A stretch of 32,661 nt of DNA from Methanothrix sp. (GCA_040770465.1 JAXGJB010000034.1:1-32661), one strand, 5' to 3'; counted from the first letter of the stretch, positions 17,433-28,546 are shown. The notes: generated by a model not told the origin, from the letters alone. Numbers and translations are program-made.

Positions 17433-18908
17433 CTAGTCGAACTTTATGGCTCTATCGTAGACGATCTCCGAGTAAGATGGCCCGGTCTTTGTAGCCTCTT
17501 CCAGGTAGCTTCTCCAGGCTACAAAGAGCGGCTGATCGAGCTCTATACCGTAAGCTCCAACTCCGTAGGGGACCTCATAGCAGAATGGATCGCCATCGCA
17601 GTTCCTGGCAAACTTGTAGACGTATAGGTACTTCGCATCGGGATTGTCGGGTAGGTATTCATCGGCGCTTCCATTGAAATCCTCATCTGTAATCGCTTTG
17701 ACGCCATTGAATATATCCGCTCCGTAGAGGGCGAAGTTCGAGTACATGGCCTTCCCCGTAGCCACATGGTTGACCCCATAAACGATTATGAATTCATTGG
17801 TATCGTTGCCCAAAGTAATTGCAGGGTCGCGCAAGAAATCATAGTATTGCGACGTGTCAGGGAAAGGAGGTGTCGGCGAAGAGACCGTTTGATTCGCTGA
17901 CCATAGATAGCAGCAGTCGTTGTCAGGGCCCAGAGCATCGATTCCTCTCAGAATAGCATCGCACCCCGATTGAGTGGCTATACTGGTTGGAAGCTCTGTG
18001 GCATTCAGTCCGCTGTATTTGTCGAGGATCGCAATCCTCAGCTCTTCTAGGTCGTCCAGAAGATCAAACTCGGTCGTCCCCGTCCCACGGACTCTTAGCT
18101 CTGGATAATCGTATGGATCCGGTTCCGCGGATTCGTTGGGAGTAATCCTGAGAAGAACTGCCGGTATGTTACTGCGGTAGTCGTCGCCCGCTTGCACATC
18201 CTTGTATAGGGCGGGACGAATCAGCATGAGAAACATATCTGAGCTCTCCTCTGAGCCCAGATTCAGCATGGAAGAGGGCAACACCTGAGTGTTAAATATA
18301 TCGGCCGAATACCCCGCTGATTGGGCAGCAGCCAGGATTCGTTGATAGATTCCTCTGTCGGCCGTAGCCACTATTACAGTAGTTTGATTGAACGGATCTC
18401 CAGCCGACCCATTGGGCGTTCCAACAGTGTTGATAACCAGATTGTTTACCGTATCTCCAAGGGGGGCAAAGATCCATCGAGCCTCATTTCCGTACGTCCT
18501 GGACAACAAATAATGATCGAAACTATAGTATCTACACTCAGGTGGCGTTCTTCCTACGAAAACAACGGCTTCATCTGGACCAATATCCCAAAAAGCGGAT
18601 GTATCTTGAGGCATTCCAAGCGCCTGAGTTATTCTAGAGAATAGTTCAGGTACCTCATGGCCGGGAGCCGCCGGAACAAAATACGTCAAGTATTTCGTGC
18701 TGGGATTGTTTCCATATGCAGATGGCAGCACGCCTAAATCGCATAATTTGATCAGATCCAGATATCCTATCCTGCCTTCTTGCACAGTGAACCCATCTTG
18801 TGACAAGGCTTGCTTAAACGCCTCCACGTCTCCAATATCTACATTATCTGCAAAGCTGGTTCCTATCAACACGGCGAATCCGACTACGAGCAGCATATAA
18901 CCTCGCAT
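17433..18908 (-). CDS. Secreted hypothetical protein
   Basis: Long ORF; GGAGG precedes ATG 18908; signal peptide MRGYMLLVVGFAVLIGTSFA; lower GC than its neighbours; no recognised motif. Confidence 0.75.
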   Translation of the reverse strand: MRGYMLLVVGFAVLIGTSFADNVDIGDVEAFKQALSQDGFTVQEGRIGYLDLIKLCDLGVLPSAYGNNPSTKYLTYFVPAAPGHEVPELFSRITQALGMPQDTSAFWDIGPDEAVVFVGRTPPECRYYSFDHYLLSRTYGNEARWIFAPLGDTVNNLVINTVGTPNGSAGDPFNQTTVIVATADRGIYQRILAAAQSAGYSADIFNTQVLPSSMLNLGSEESSDMFLMLIRPALYKDVQAGDDYRSNIPAVLLRITPNESAEPDPYDYPELRVRGTGTTEFDLLDDLEELRIAILDKYSGLNATELPTSIATQSGCDAILRGIDALGPDNDCCYLWSANQTVSSPTPPFPDTSQYYDFLRDPAITLGNDTNEFIIVYGVNHVATGKAMYSNFALYGADIFNGVKAITDEDFNGSADEYLPDNPDAKYLYVYKFARNCDGDPFCYEVPYGVGAYGIELDQPLFVAWRSYLEEATKTGPSYSEIVYDRAIKFD

Positions 18909-19311
18909 ATACAAAATCCTCCGCCCCATATCTTTCCGACCCAATCTATTAAAAACTTTCTGAGTATTGAAGAAACCTCACCGAAGAATCAAGTCCTGGC
19001 GGGCTATTATCGCTGGTTGAAAATGAGTTTAAATATCTGATGTATTTATTATAAAAACGAACTTTGATTGAATCGAGCCAGAGTTTTTAAAAGATGGCTT
19101 ATTCGGCGCCCAACAACCAGTATCATCAAACTCAATTGACGAGATGTCACGGGACCAGTTCCAGAAAGCTAACTGCAAGTCACTTCAACAGCTGACTCCT
19201 TTTTATGATCCTGTTAAGAGCCGTTGGCCCCCATGCTTGTTAGTGCTAAAAATCGGCATCTTGAGGGGGCATTCAGTACAGCTGATGAATCACAAAAAAA
19301 CGGCTAAGGGA

Positions 19312-20799
19312 TCAGAGGAACCTGATCCCCTTCGGCATCTCGCCGAACCGCTTCCGGAACGCCTCGGGCCAGTTCTCGGGGTCGAGCCCCTTCTGGCCGA
19401 GGAATGCCGACGCCCACCGCTCCAGGCCTACGCCGGAACAGCCGCTCCAGAGCTGCTCGCCGGACTGGGCCTTGACGTTGAAGCCCCGGGGGTACTTGTC
19501 GCCGTTGATGGAGAGGTTCTGAAACTCGATCCAGGCGCCGCTGTAGGGAAGCAGGGCCTCGTAGTCGACGGTCCCGGCTCCTGTCATCTCGGAGAGGCCG
19601 GTCTTCCCCTCCTGGGCCATGAACCAGGGGGTCACCCACGCCATCCGCCACCGCAGCTCCAGGATCTCCTCGAAGATCCTCTTGTAGCAGTCCTTCAGCC
19701 TTTCTGCCTCCTCCTTCACCTGATCCTGGGTCCCCATCCAGACGATCTCGATCCGATGGAACTCGTCGACCCTCTCGATCCCGTGGATCCCGCCGCTCTC
19801 GTACCGGTGGCTCGTCCCGGACCGGTCGAAGATCCTTATCGGCAGATCCTCGTTGGGGAGGGTCCTCCCCTGGAAGAAGACCCAGGATGGGGGACACTGG
19901 GCGTAGCACATCCCGCCGATGGGGTTGTCGATCTTCTCTTTGACAAGCTCCACGGGAACCTCGCGGGTCACCTTGTAGTGGTCCATCACCTCTTCCCAGA
20001 ACTCGGGGTCCCGGGTCTTGGGTGGACAGACGTAGTAGATCTCAGGGTAGACGCCGAGGGCGTGGCCGCTCTTCTTCCAGACGTCCCAGGTGACGAGCTT
20101 CGGAAAGATCATCTCCCGGTATCCCAGTGCCTCGATAATCTCCTCGAGGACGATCCTCTCGAAGGCCCGGAATAGGTGGGTCCCCTCGGGACCGTAGATC
20201 CACTGGCCGCGGCTCGCGCCGTGCTTGATCCAGCCCCGACCGACCATCTCCTCGGTGGGGTCGCCCTCGAACTTCGGCGGCCGTTCGGGGCTCTGCCAGA
20301 GAACCTCCCAGTGCTCGGCCTTCCCGCCGTACTCCTCGGCCGCCAGCTTCTCGTCCAGGAGGCTGACGATCCTGTCGGGGACCTGGTTTTTGATGTCCGA
20401 CTCGTCGACGTCAAGGGAGAGGGTCAGGACACCGTCCTCGAAGGTCATCTCCCGGACGTGGGGGATCTTGTGGTCGATGGCTCGCTTCGACTCCACCTCG
20501 ATCTCGTACTTCGAGATCTCGATCCCTCTGACCCCGACCCTGTACTTCTTGCCGAGGAGCTCGCCCAGCGGCCTTCGGAGCCTCAAAACCGCGTCGTGAG
20601 CCCTAACAAATCGGTCGCTCTCGATGACGACGGATATGTCTGTATTGCCAAGCTTCCAGTCCTTGATCTCGGCGCCCTTCCCGCCGGCAGCCCCCTTCGT
20701 GAGAAGGTCGGCGGCACCGGCGAAGAACTCATCGAGCTCCTTTTCGGCGGCGCCCGCATTGGCGCTCAGCCTGAAGCTCGCCTCCAAATGAAACTTCAC
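19312..20799 (-). CDS. serS: Serine--tRNA ligase, methanogen type
   Basis: Methanogen-type N-terminal domain (RAHDAVLR), [43 protein letters not shown]. Confidence 0.96.
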   Translation of the reverse strand: MKFHLEASFRLSANAGAAEKELDEFFAGAADLLTKGAAGGKGAEIKDWKLGNTDISVVIESDRFVRAHDAVLRLRRPLGELLGKKYRVGVRGIEISKYEIEVESKRAIDHKIPHVREMTFEDGVLTLSLDVDESDIKNQVPDRIVSLLDEKLAAEEYGGKAEHWEVLWQSPERPPKFEGDPTEEMVGRGWIKHGASRGQWIYGPEGTHLFRAFERIVLEEIIEALGYREMIFPKLVTWDVWKKSGHALGVYPEIYYVCPPKTRDPEFWEEVMDHYKVTREVPVELVKEKIDNPIGGMCYAQCPPSWVFFQGRTLPNEDLPIRIFDRSGTSHRYESGGIHGIERVDEFHRIEIVWMGTQDQVKEEAERLKDCYKRIFEEILELRWRMAWVTPWFMAQEGKTGLSEMTGAGTVDYEALLPYSGAWIEFQNLSINGDKYPRGFNVKAQSGEQLWSGCSGVGLERWASAFLGQKGLDPENWPEAFRKRFGEMPKGIRFL

Positions 20800-21017
20800 T
20801 TCCCCACCTCTTTGGTCAGCAGATCTAAAGCGATCTTCACGTTCATGATCAGGTCGTCGGCGGTCGCGAGGATCGTCCCCGCCTTCTCGGCGGAGAACTC
20901 GACCTCAAACTCACCCTCCGCGACCGAGACCCTCATCCCCGGCAGGTTGTCGGGGTCCAGGGACCGGGCCACCACCCCAGCGGCCTCGCCCTCGAACTTC
21001 AGCCTTGCCCGGATCAT
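20796..21017 (-). CDS. pcc1: KEOPS complex subunit Pcc1
   Basis: 73 aa starting MIRARLKF, with SLDPDN and [16 protein letters not shown]; ATGA overlaps on both sides; conserved position after the DHH gene. Confidence 0.85.
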   Translation of the reverse strand: MIRARLKFEGEAAGVVARSLDPDNLPGMRVSVAEGEFEVEFSAEKAGTILATADDLIMNVKIALDLLTKEVGK

Positions 21018-22306
21018 CTCTCCCTGCCGGCGGAGAGCTGGCGGCCCACCACCTCGTCGACGATGCTTACGAACTCCTCTTCGGCCCCAATAGGGATCGA
21101 GGCGCCGCTGGCGACGCTGTGGCCGCCGCCGTTTCCGCCCACCTTCTCCGCCGCCTCCTTGAGGGCGATCGAGAGGTCGAGGCCGCAGAATACGAGGAGC
21201 CTGTTGCCCCGGGCCGAGATCTTGACGATCCCCTCCGACCTGTTCAGGACGATCATAGGCTTGTCGGTGTAAAGGTACCTGACGCAGAGGCCCGAGACGA
21301 CCCCCGCGGCATCCATATCGTCGAGGACGACGTACCTGAGGTTCTCGGTCTCCTGGAGCTTCTCCTCTGAGAGCCGGACCTCCGAGAGGATCTTCGCCTT
21401 GTAATCCCGGTCGATCGTTCTGCACTCTGATAGAAACGTCACATCCCTCATGCAGAGGGTGAGGGCCCGACCCGTCTCCTCCATCTTGCCGCAGGAGTTG
21501 AGGATCCACATAAGCTCGAAGGCGTTCTCGACGACCTCCTTCTTCAACCGGATCGTCTCCCCGACGACCGAGTCGGCGGCAAAGCTCCCCTGCAAGAGAA
21601 GCTTCAGGACGAGGGCAGTCGAGAGGCGAGACAGATCCTTTCTCCCCAGCCTCGGCAGCTCCCCCGAGACGCCCACCTCTTCGAGGAAGGCTCTCGTCTT
21701 GGCGGGATCGCCCGTGGATTCCAGGAGGGGGTCGAGGGCTCCGGCGAGGACCGACTCCAGGGGTCCGTCGTCCATCTTGAGGCCGGGGCTGATCTCCACA
21801 ACCCCGAAGTTTGCGGCCTCTTCGAGGATCGTCCGGTTGGCACCGATCATCATCTGTCTGTCCCCAAGGGCCCCCACCAGGGCTAGCCCCGCCAGATCCA
21901 CATTGTTTCCCATCTCCCGGACGACGGTGTAGACAGTCCCCGAGCCTGACAGCTCGAAGGCGCCGTCGACCCCCGCCAGGTGAGGGTTGACGTGAAAGCA
22001 GTCGAGGGTCCCCACGGGCGTATGGTGGTCGAAGACGAAGACGTCGCCATCGATCTGGGATACGAGATCGGGCTTTCCGCTCCCCATGTCGCAGAAGACC
22101 ACCGGCGGCTCGATCGAGTCGATGAGGGACTGGTCGAGCCTGCCGACGAGGGTGGCGTGAAAGGGTATATTCGCCCTCTTGAGGGCGGTGCAGATGAGGC
22201 CCGCAGAGGTTATGCCGTCGGCATCGTTGTGGGATATGACCCTCGCGTTCTCACACTGCAAGAGGGAGCTGGCAGCGGGCTTTGCCAGCTTCTCCAGCCG
22301 TTTCAT
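21014..22306 (-). CDS. DHH/DHHA1 family phosphoesterase (RecJ-like)
   Basis: SHNDADG, DMG, DHH and C-terminal SARG...GGGH motifs; conserved position downstream of rps15. Confidence 0.92.
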   Translation of the reverse strand: MKRLEKLAKPAASSLLQCENARVISHNDADGITSAGLICTALKRANIPFHATLVGRLDQSLIDSIEPPVVFCDMGSGKPDLVSQIDGDVFVFDHHTPVGTLDCFHVNPHLAGVDGAFELSGSGTVYTVVREMGNNVDLAGLALVGALGDRQMMIGANRTILEEAANFGVVEISPGLKMDDGPLESVLAGALDPLLESTGDPAKTRAFLEEVGVSGELPRLGRKDLSRLSTALVLKLLLQGSFAADSVVGETIRLKKEVVENAFELMWILNSCGKMEETGRALTLCMRDVTFLSECRTIDRDYKAKILSEVRLSEEKLQETENLRYVVLDDMDAAGVVSGLCVRYLYTDKPMIVLNRSEGIVKISARGNRLLVFCGLDLSIALKEAAEKVGGNGGGHSVASGASIPIGAEEEFVSIVDEVVGRQLSAGRER

Positions 22307-22758
22307 GTGATGAGCATCTCAGCGGTCTCTGGCCTGTACTGCCAATTCTGTGGCAGCCGTCCAGTACCGCGGTAGTACTTTGCAAGACGTCTGATCTTGT
22401 TCTCGGTGAGCTGGAGCCACCTTTTGTTGTGAATATCCTTCTTGTTGCTATTCAGGTGCTTTCTCATCCCGATCGCCTTACGCATCAGGTTTGCGAGATC
22501 CTCGGGGATATCGGGCACCTCGGTGTTCTCCCTCAGATAGCTCGTCAGTTTCGTCCCCAGGATCGGCTTGACGCTCGGAACCCCGTACTGGTCTCGGAGG
22601 GTCATTCCGATCATGGTGGGGGATACCCCGTTTCCGTAGAGCCTGAGAACGTGCTTTCCCAGCTCATCTTTGCTTATGTCGCACCACTCGGGCGGCGTTG
22701 ATCGAAAAGGCGGCCTCGATCTCGAGGCACCCTTTCTTCTGGTGTGCATTCTGGCCAT
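22303..22758 (-). CDS. rps15: 30S ribosomal protein S15 (archaeal uS15)
   Basis: [40 protein letters not shown]. Confidence 0.97.
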   Translation of the reverse strand: MARMHTRRKGASRSRPPFRSTPPEWCDISKDELGKHVLRLYGNGVSPTMIGMTLRDQYGVPSVKPILGTKLTSYLRENTEVPDIPEDLANLMRKAIGMRKHLNSNKKDIHNKRWLQLTENKIRRLAKYYRGTGRLPQNWQYRPETAEMLIT

Positions 22759-22855
22759 ATCGAATCCTCATTATAATCCAAAGTCAGATAAGGGCGAAGG
22801 TAAGCATCCCAGCGTACCATGCGATAAAAAGCTTGCGGCCTTTGGGATCAGTTCT
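22759..22855 (-). promoter_or_regulatory. Structured 5' leader of rps15 (candidate S15 ribosomal leader RNA)
   Basis: About 95 nt between a promoter-like GGAAGGTTTGTAGA and the ATG; ATCCCAAAG can pair with either TGGGAT or CTTTGGAT. An S15-Methanomicrobia RNA motif is described, but the match was not computed. Confidence 0.45.
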
Positions 22856-22937
22856 ATTCGGTAGGGATCTCTACAAACCTTCCTGCAAGTTTTCATCTCG
22901 GCCTCTCTTTATATATACATCGTCCCCATCTTGAATC

Positions 22938-23660
22938 ATGCTCCCGCCCCTCTTGGACCCCTTCTTCTACCTCCTGGGAAAGGCGGTCTTCGCCCTCGCC
23001 GCGGCCGTTTTCGCCTCCGCGGTCCTCGGCGCCGCCCTCATCGCCTACTCCTTCAAGACCGGCCACTTCTTCATGGCCAGGATCATGCTGATCTTCGTCT
23101 GTTTCCTTGAGAGCCTGATCAAGAGCATCTTTCGGGCCTTTCGGGCTGACGACTCGATCGTCGACGAGGTGGGGATAAGGCTTCGAAACTACATCAACGC
23201 CGAGAAGTTCGAGGCGGTCCCCATGGACGAGCGGGCGATCTTCCTCCCCCAGTGCCTCCGGAGCGTCGACTGTCCCGCAAAGCTCACCCCGGAGGGACTC
23301 CGCTGCGTCAACTGCGGCAGGTGCGAGATCGGCTCGGCCAAGATCTTCGCCGAGAGCCTAGGCTATCGGTTCTTTGTGGCGCCGGGGTCTTCCGTCATAA
23401 AGAGGATGATCAAAAAGTACCATCCCCGGGCCATCGTCGGCGTAGGCTGCGACATGGAGATCAAGGAGGGGGTCGACCTCTGCCACGGCCACGACATCCC
23501 GGCGATAGGTGTCCCCCTCCTCACCAACGGCTGCGTCTCGACGACCCTCGACTGGGACCGCTTCTACGAGGTCATCTCAGACCATCAGGGCTGCACCCTG
23601 GTGGATGAGGACGAAGATCTCACCATCAAAATCTACGAGGGCGGCCCCGGCAGAACCTGA
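22938..23660 (+). CDS. DUF116 domain protein
   Basis: FLPQCLR...C...CVNCGRC...PGSS...VGVGC...GC pattern with an N-terminal TM helix. TTTATATA about 25 nt upstream suggests a leaderless transcript. Confidence 0.88.
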   Translation: MLPPLLDPFFYLLGKAVFALAAAVFASAVLGAALIAYSFKTGHFFMARIMLIFVCFLESLIKSIFRAFRADDSIVDEVGIRLRNYINAEKFEAVPMDERAIFLPQCLRSVDCPAKLTPEGLRCVNCGRCEIGSAKIFAESLGYRFFVAPGSSVIKRMIKKYHPRAIVGVGCDMEIKEGVDLCHGHDIPAIGVPLLTNGCVSTTLDWDRFYEVISDHQGCTLVDEDEDLTIKIYEGGPGRT

Positions 23661-23690
23661 GATATGGTTCCCGGAGGGGGGATGAGGAGG

Positions 23691-26357
23691 TCAGGCCCCC
23701 GCCCTCTCCTCCAGGGCACTAATGACCTCGCCGAGGCGGTCGATCTCCTCGCCGTAGCCAGACCAGTTCCCGGCCCGGAGTTCCTCCTGCGCCGACCTGA
23801 AGAGCGCTCCCGCCTCGCCGATCAGCTCCCCGGTGCTCAGATCCTCTTTCATCCCGGCGGCATCTCCCGCGACGGCCCCTCTGGGGGCGGCCTCGGGTTC
23901 AAACCCGAATATCCGCGCCAGAGCCCCCTCTAGGGTCTCCTCCATCACCACCTGGCTGCCGTAGGCGACGATCACCCGTTTCAGTTCGGGAAGCTCGCTG
24001 TTCTCAGCCCTTAGGAAGAGGGGCTCGACGTAGAGGAGGTTCTTCTCGACGGGGATGACGAGAAGGTTGCCCCGAATGACGCTGGACCCCTTCTGGCTCC
24101 AGAGGGTGAGCTGCTCGGAGATCTCGGTGTCCTGGTCGATCCTCGCCTCGATCTGCAAGGGCCCATAGATCAGCTGGTCTTTGGGGAACTTGAATACGAC
24201 TATGTCACCGTAATCGGGCTCGTCGGACTTGGCACACATCCAGGCGATCATGTTGTTCTTGGACCTGGGTGTGAAGGGCAAAATCGACATGAACTCCTCG
24301 CCGCCGTCACCATCTTCGCTACCTTCACCACCCGGCGTCTTCATGATGACGAAGTAGGGCTCGACGGTCTGTCTATCCCCTTCGTAGACCTCCGTCGATA
24401 TCTCCCAGGCGTCCTCCCGGTTGTAGAAGACCTGGGGGTCGGTCATGTGGTAGTCCAAGTAGATCCCCGCCTGGATGCTGAAGAGGTCAACGGGGTAGCG
24501 CAGATGGGACCGGATCTCTTCTGGCATCGAGTCGATGGAATCGAAGAGTTCCGGGAAGATCGATTGGTAGGCCCGGACCATCGGCTCATCCTCGATGACG
24601 TAATACTTGACTGTCCCGTTGTAGGCGTCGATGACCACCTTCACCGAGTTTCTGATGTAGTTGAACCCTCCCGAGGGTTCAGAGTAGGGATAACGGTCGG
24701 TGAGGGCGTAGGCGTCGACGATCCAGTAGAGCCTCCCGTCTGCAAAGACGATGTAGGGGTCCCGATCGTAGGCGAGGAAGGGGGCAAGGGTCCGAGCCCG
24801 ATCGAGGATGTTCCTGTGAATCATAATCCGGCTCTCGCCTGTGACGTCGTCGCTGAGGAGGATCTTGAGGCTGGCGAGCCTGTAGGTCAAAAGAAGCCTC
24901 ATCATGGGATCAAGCTCGATGCCGCCAGTCCCGTTATAGCTGGAGTAGACGTTCTCGTCTCCCAGGGGGTAGTCGAACTCGGGGAGCCCCGTCTTCACGA
25001 TGACGTAATCTTTCCGCCCCTCGCCGTAGTAAATCTCGGGCCTTGCCATCTCCCCCAGGACCGAGTCAGGTGGGAGGTTTTTGACGTAGAACTCGGGGAG
25101 ACCCTCGGGGGTGACGGCGTTTGCCGGGCTCATGCAGATCCCGTAGCCGTGGGTGTAGAATAGGTGAAGGTTCTGCCAGGTCCTGGCCTGATCGGGAAGC
25201 TCCTCCTGAGAGAGCTCTCTTGCCGAGAGCATCACCTGCCTCTTTTCGCCGTCGATCTCGTACCGATCCACGTCGACGTCGAAGAACTCGTAGTAGAGCC
25301 GGATCTCCTGGAGCTGCTTGTAAGTGCTGAGGAGGGGCCGCCAGTCCCAGAGCCTGACGTTCTCTACGGTCCCGCTGTTGGCCAGGAGGTCTTTGCCTGT
25401 GAGGTTGTAGTCGACGGAGAAGGGGCGCTCGTCCACCTCCTCCAGGCCGTAGGCTTGGAGGGTGTAGTTGACGTTGTGGGCGATGAAGGGCGACTCCATC
25501 ACGATCTCGTTGGGGGCGACGCTGTACTGCTGGACCAGGGCCGGGTATACCACCCCAAGCCCCGCCGTCGCGACCACTATGACCCCGATAACGGGGACAA
25601 AACGGCGGGGGCTCTTTCCGGCTGCGAAGGCGAAGAGGAGGAGGGCCGCCAAAAGCGCGACGCCAGCATAAATGTAAAAGAAGGGAAGGCGGGCGTTGAC
25701 GTCGGCGTAGCCCGCGCCGTAGACGACCCCCGTCGACGAGTACAAAAGCTCATACCTGTCCAATAAATATCGGAACGAGAAGAGGAGGGTGGCGATCCCC
25801 AAAAGGCCGCAGAGATGGGCGAGGGCCCTTTTTGGGATCGACCTTGCGATCTCGGCGTAATCCCTCTCCTCGGGACCGAAGATGAGCCGGTCGGCCTGGA
25901 GGAATAGGTAAGCTCCGGCGGTGACGGCCAGGTTGATGAGGACGGCGAAGAAGATCGCATACCACAGCCCCCATAAGATGGGAAGGGTGAAGACGAAAAA
26001 ACCGATGTCCATCCCAAACAACGGATCGCTGGCCCCGAAGGTCGTGGCGTTCAGGGCCAACAGGACCCGCTCCCAGCCAGACTGCGCCACAAGGCCGAAG
26101 AGGACCGATGCCGAGAGGACGATCCAGGAGAGGTACCTGGGCCTCTCGCCGATCAGCCTAAGATTCGCGAGGCTCGCCGCCCCGAATATGACGGCTGAAA
26201 CCAGGAAGATGGAGATCTTCGCTTTTATAATAGTCTCGTATATGCTGGAGTACCCAAGGGTCTCGAACCATCGCCATTCCGTCAGAATGTAGGCCATCTG
26301 CCCAGAAGATATCAGGAGAAGTACCAGGGCAACGGCAATCCCCCTCTCAATCCTCAT
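23691..26357 (-). CDS. UPF0182 family membrane protein
   Basis: DPLFGMDIGFFVFTLP, GAGYADV, NVRLWD, YTHGYG, PEIYYGE, NYIRNSVKVVIDAYNG, IRGNLLVIP, PELKRVIV. Start probably 26357 (GGGGAG upstream). Confidence 0.93.
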   Translation of the reverse strand: MRIERGIAVALVLLLISSGQMAYILTEWRWFETLGYSSIYETIIKAKISIFLVSAVIFGAASLANLRLIGERPRYLSWIVLSASVLFGLVAQSGWERVLLALNATTFGASDPLFGMDIGFFVFTLPILWGLWYAIFFAVLINLAVTAGAYLFLQADRLIFGPEERDYAEIARSIPKRALAHLCGLLGIATLLFSFRYLLDRYELLYSSTGVVYGAGYADVNARLPFFYIYAGVALLAALLLFAFAAGKSPRRFVPVIGVIVVATAGLGVVYPALVQQYSVAPNEIVMESPFIAHNVNYTLQAYGLEEVDERPFSVDYNLTGKDLLANSGTVENVRLWDWRPLLSTYKQLQEIRLYYEFFDVDVDRYEIDGEKRQVMLSARELSQEELPDQARTWQNLHLFYTHGYGICMSPANAVTPEGLPEFYVKNLPPDSVLGEMARPEIYYGEGRKDYVIVKTGLPEFDYPLGDENVYSSYNGTGGIELDPMMRLLLTYRLASLKILLSDDVTGESRIMIHRNILDRARTLAPFLAYDRDPYIVFADGRLYWIVDAYALTDRYPYSEPSGGFNYIRNSVKVVIDAYNGTVKYYVIEDEPMVRAYQSIFPELFDSIDSMPEEIRSHLRYPVDLFSIQAGIYLDYHMTDPQVFYNREDAWEISTEVYEGDRQTVEPYFVIMKTPGGEGSEDGDGGEEFMSILPFTPRSKNNMIAWMCAKSDEPDYGDIVVFKFPKDQLIYGPLQIEARIDQDTEISEQLTLWSQKGSSVIRGNLLVIPVEKNLLYVEPLFLRAENSELPELKRVIVAYGSQVVMEETLEGALARIFGFEPEAAPRGAVAGDAAGMKEDLSTGELIGEAGALFRSAQEELRAGNWSGYGEEIDRLGEVISALEERAGA

Positions 26358-26624
26358 ATTACTCCCCTGAGATTGAACCATCTTAGACTCATCCCTTCGG
26401 CAACATCCATCCAAACCGGCATATATAATAGACCGAAAGGTTCTGATATATATCTTTCGCGAACTAGACCCGCTGGCATGAGGCGAAAAGAGGGCGAAGC
26501 ATGGGGGATCAGCTCTGGGAGATCTGCCTTTTGAGTGTGTGTAAACAAACCGGCTAAAGGATGGGATCGACGATTATACCCAAGCAGGATAAATCCATTT
26601 AAAAAATTTTAAGAGAAGGCGCGC

Positions 26625-26801
26625 TCACTCGACGGTGATGGCCTCAGAGGGGCAGGCCTCGACGCAGGTGCCGCACTCGGTGCACTTGTCGGCGTTCACC
26701 ACTGCTATTTCTTCGTCGTCCAGGGAGATTGCGTCTTCAGGGCACTCCTCGACACAGGTTCCGCAACTTACACATTCTTCTCTGTTGACTACTGCCGGCA
26801 T
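26625..26801 (-). CDS. 2[4Fe-4S] ferredoxin
   Basis: 58 aa starting MPAVVN, with two CxxCxxCxxxCP motifs; GGAGG SD motif. Confidence 0.95.
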   Translation of the reverse strand: MPAVVNREECVSCGTCVEECPEDAISLDDEEIAVVNADKCTECGTCVEACPSEAITVE

Positions 26802-26854
26802 TACAAATTCCTCCAAAGTTGCCAAAGTTGGCAAATTTACAGTCCGGGATATAC

Positions 26855-26869
26855 GATATATAACTTTCG
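26855..26869 (-). promoter_or_regulatory. BRE/TATA promoter of the ferredoxin gene
   Basis: CGAAAG-TTATATA on the minus strand, about 55 nt upstream of the ATG. Confidence 0.6.
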
Positions 26870-26926
26870 TTAGGTGGCCGCAGGTGTATAGTCCCGAAAC
26901 CTTTGACTTTATATGCTCGACAATCC

Positions 26927-27575
26927 CGCGTGGGAAAACGAAATCACAAGAGCTGGATGAAGAATCCGTTGAGTTGATACTTGAAATCCACAAAAAGCAA
27001 AGATTGGGCGCAAGACGGCTCGAAAAGATCATCGAATTCGAGCATGGTATCCATAGCCTGGATCAGATACGAACGCGAACAGAGTTTGACGGCAGTGCAT
27101 CTCGATTGGCATAGCTGCAAGATCAACGGCAAAGAGCTGTATGTGATCCTTTATGACAGCTCCAGATGTATCCTCGCGGGAGACGAATTCGACGCGGCGA
27201 CCGCAGAAAACAGCATCATTTTTGGATCAAGATTTTGTTCAATAAGTACCGGATAGCCTTCGGAGAAATAAGAAGAATAGAACAAGTCATAACCGATTGC
27301 GAAAGCCAATTTTACGCTAACAAGGCCGACAAGAATTGTGAGAGCAACGTAAACTCTAGTTATTTCTAGAAGAAAATAATATCAAATACATCAAAGGTCG
27401 CTTCAAGCTCCCGCAGACGACTGGTATAATCAAAAATGGAGCGATACGTACGACAAATATCGATTCCAATTCGGGAATAACGACTCCATAGGGGGCGTTC
27501 TGGACGAGATTGACGGAAGAATGCAAGCTGAACATGTTCCCGGATAGAATGGTGTGTGAATTAAATATCGATAAA
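26927..27575 (+). mobile_element. Degraded IS481-family transposase remnant
   Basis: Fragments in shifting frames: [57 protein letters not shown]. Multiple frameshifts and stops; termini not recognised. Confidence 0.8.
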
Positions 27576-27641
27576 TATATTTGGAACCATCCGGGCGGTA
27601 TATAAAGTCAAAGCATCCGGGACTATACAAAGTACATAGCG

Positions 27642-28409
27642 ACCTACACCATAACAATCGAGAACGACGGGAACGCTGCTCTCGGCCCGATCGAGGTGAA
27701 GGACCTCTTCCCGCCGGGAGCGGTCTTCGATGAGCCGTCGTCGCTCCGACCGACTGAATTGACGGAGACGAGCGCCAACTGGACTCTGATGCACCTTGCG
27801 ATAGGCGACGTGGCGACGATCACTCTGAAGCTTGACGTGGCGAAGTACTACCCGTCTGAGCTCGTCAACAGGGTCGAGGTCTGCGGCCAGTATAACGGAG
27901 CAGAGTGGATCTGCGCCTCGAACTTCAGCGCGCTCGAGCTGAACTGGCTCAGCTGCTGTCTCGACGAGCCGGTCTCGGTGACGAAGACGGCTCGGCTGGA
28001 GGACGGCAACTCGAGCCTGGTCTGGTACACCGTCGAGATCAGGAACAACGACAACGTCATCCGGGCGGCGACGGTCACCGATCGGCTCCCGGTGGGGATG
28101 GATTTGGTCGAATCGTCGGTTCCGTTCGCCTCCTATGAAGACGGCGTCGTCGTCTGGAACCTGGTCGAGATAGGGCCCTTTGATACGGCGACGATCGAGT
28201 TCTCGGCCCTCGCCCCCGGCGACGGCAGGTTTACGAACACCGTCGAGGACGAGTGCGGCTCCGTGAGCTGCGACGGATGGCAGCCGCCGAACTGGGACTT
28301 GGAGCATGCTGGGTACCAGCCGGACGAGCTGACATGCGAGGATCTGACATTCACCGGCTGCGACGGAACGGCCTCCTGCGACGAGACTGGCTCGTGCACC
28401 GCGCCCTGA
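27642..28409 (+). pseudogene. 5'-truncated C-terminal part of a DUF11-repeat surface protein
   Basis: The frame begins mid-domain (TYTITIENDGNAALGPIEVKDLFPPG), with a second repeat (VTKT...YTVEIRN...VTDRLPVG) and a Cys-rich tail. No signal peptide; in-frame TAA at 27603 next to the IS remnant. Confidence 0.7.
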
Positions 28410-28546
28410 ACGGGCGCAGGCGAATAAATTTAGAATCATTCTGGAGGTATGTAACGTCAAAATATTTGGGCCTACACAAAAGGAAAAACAGGGAATGATT
28501 TTTTATACTGGAACCTTCGATACCTACTTCGCGGAGGAGTGTAATA

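Noticed and set aside
19144-21093. Long plus-strand ORFs (343 and 305 aa), and similar antisense ORFs elsewhere
   Set aside because: Shadow ORFs opposite well-supported GC-rich genes; no motifs.
21018-21509. N-terminal extension of ORF 20796..21509
   Set aside because: Overlaps the DHH gene in another frame; only the last 73 aa resemble Pcc1.
26802-27032. Extension of the ferredoxin ORF to 135 aa
   Set aside because: The SD motif and promoter sit directly upstream of the ATG at 26801; the extension is antisense to the IS remnant.
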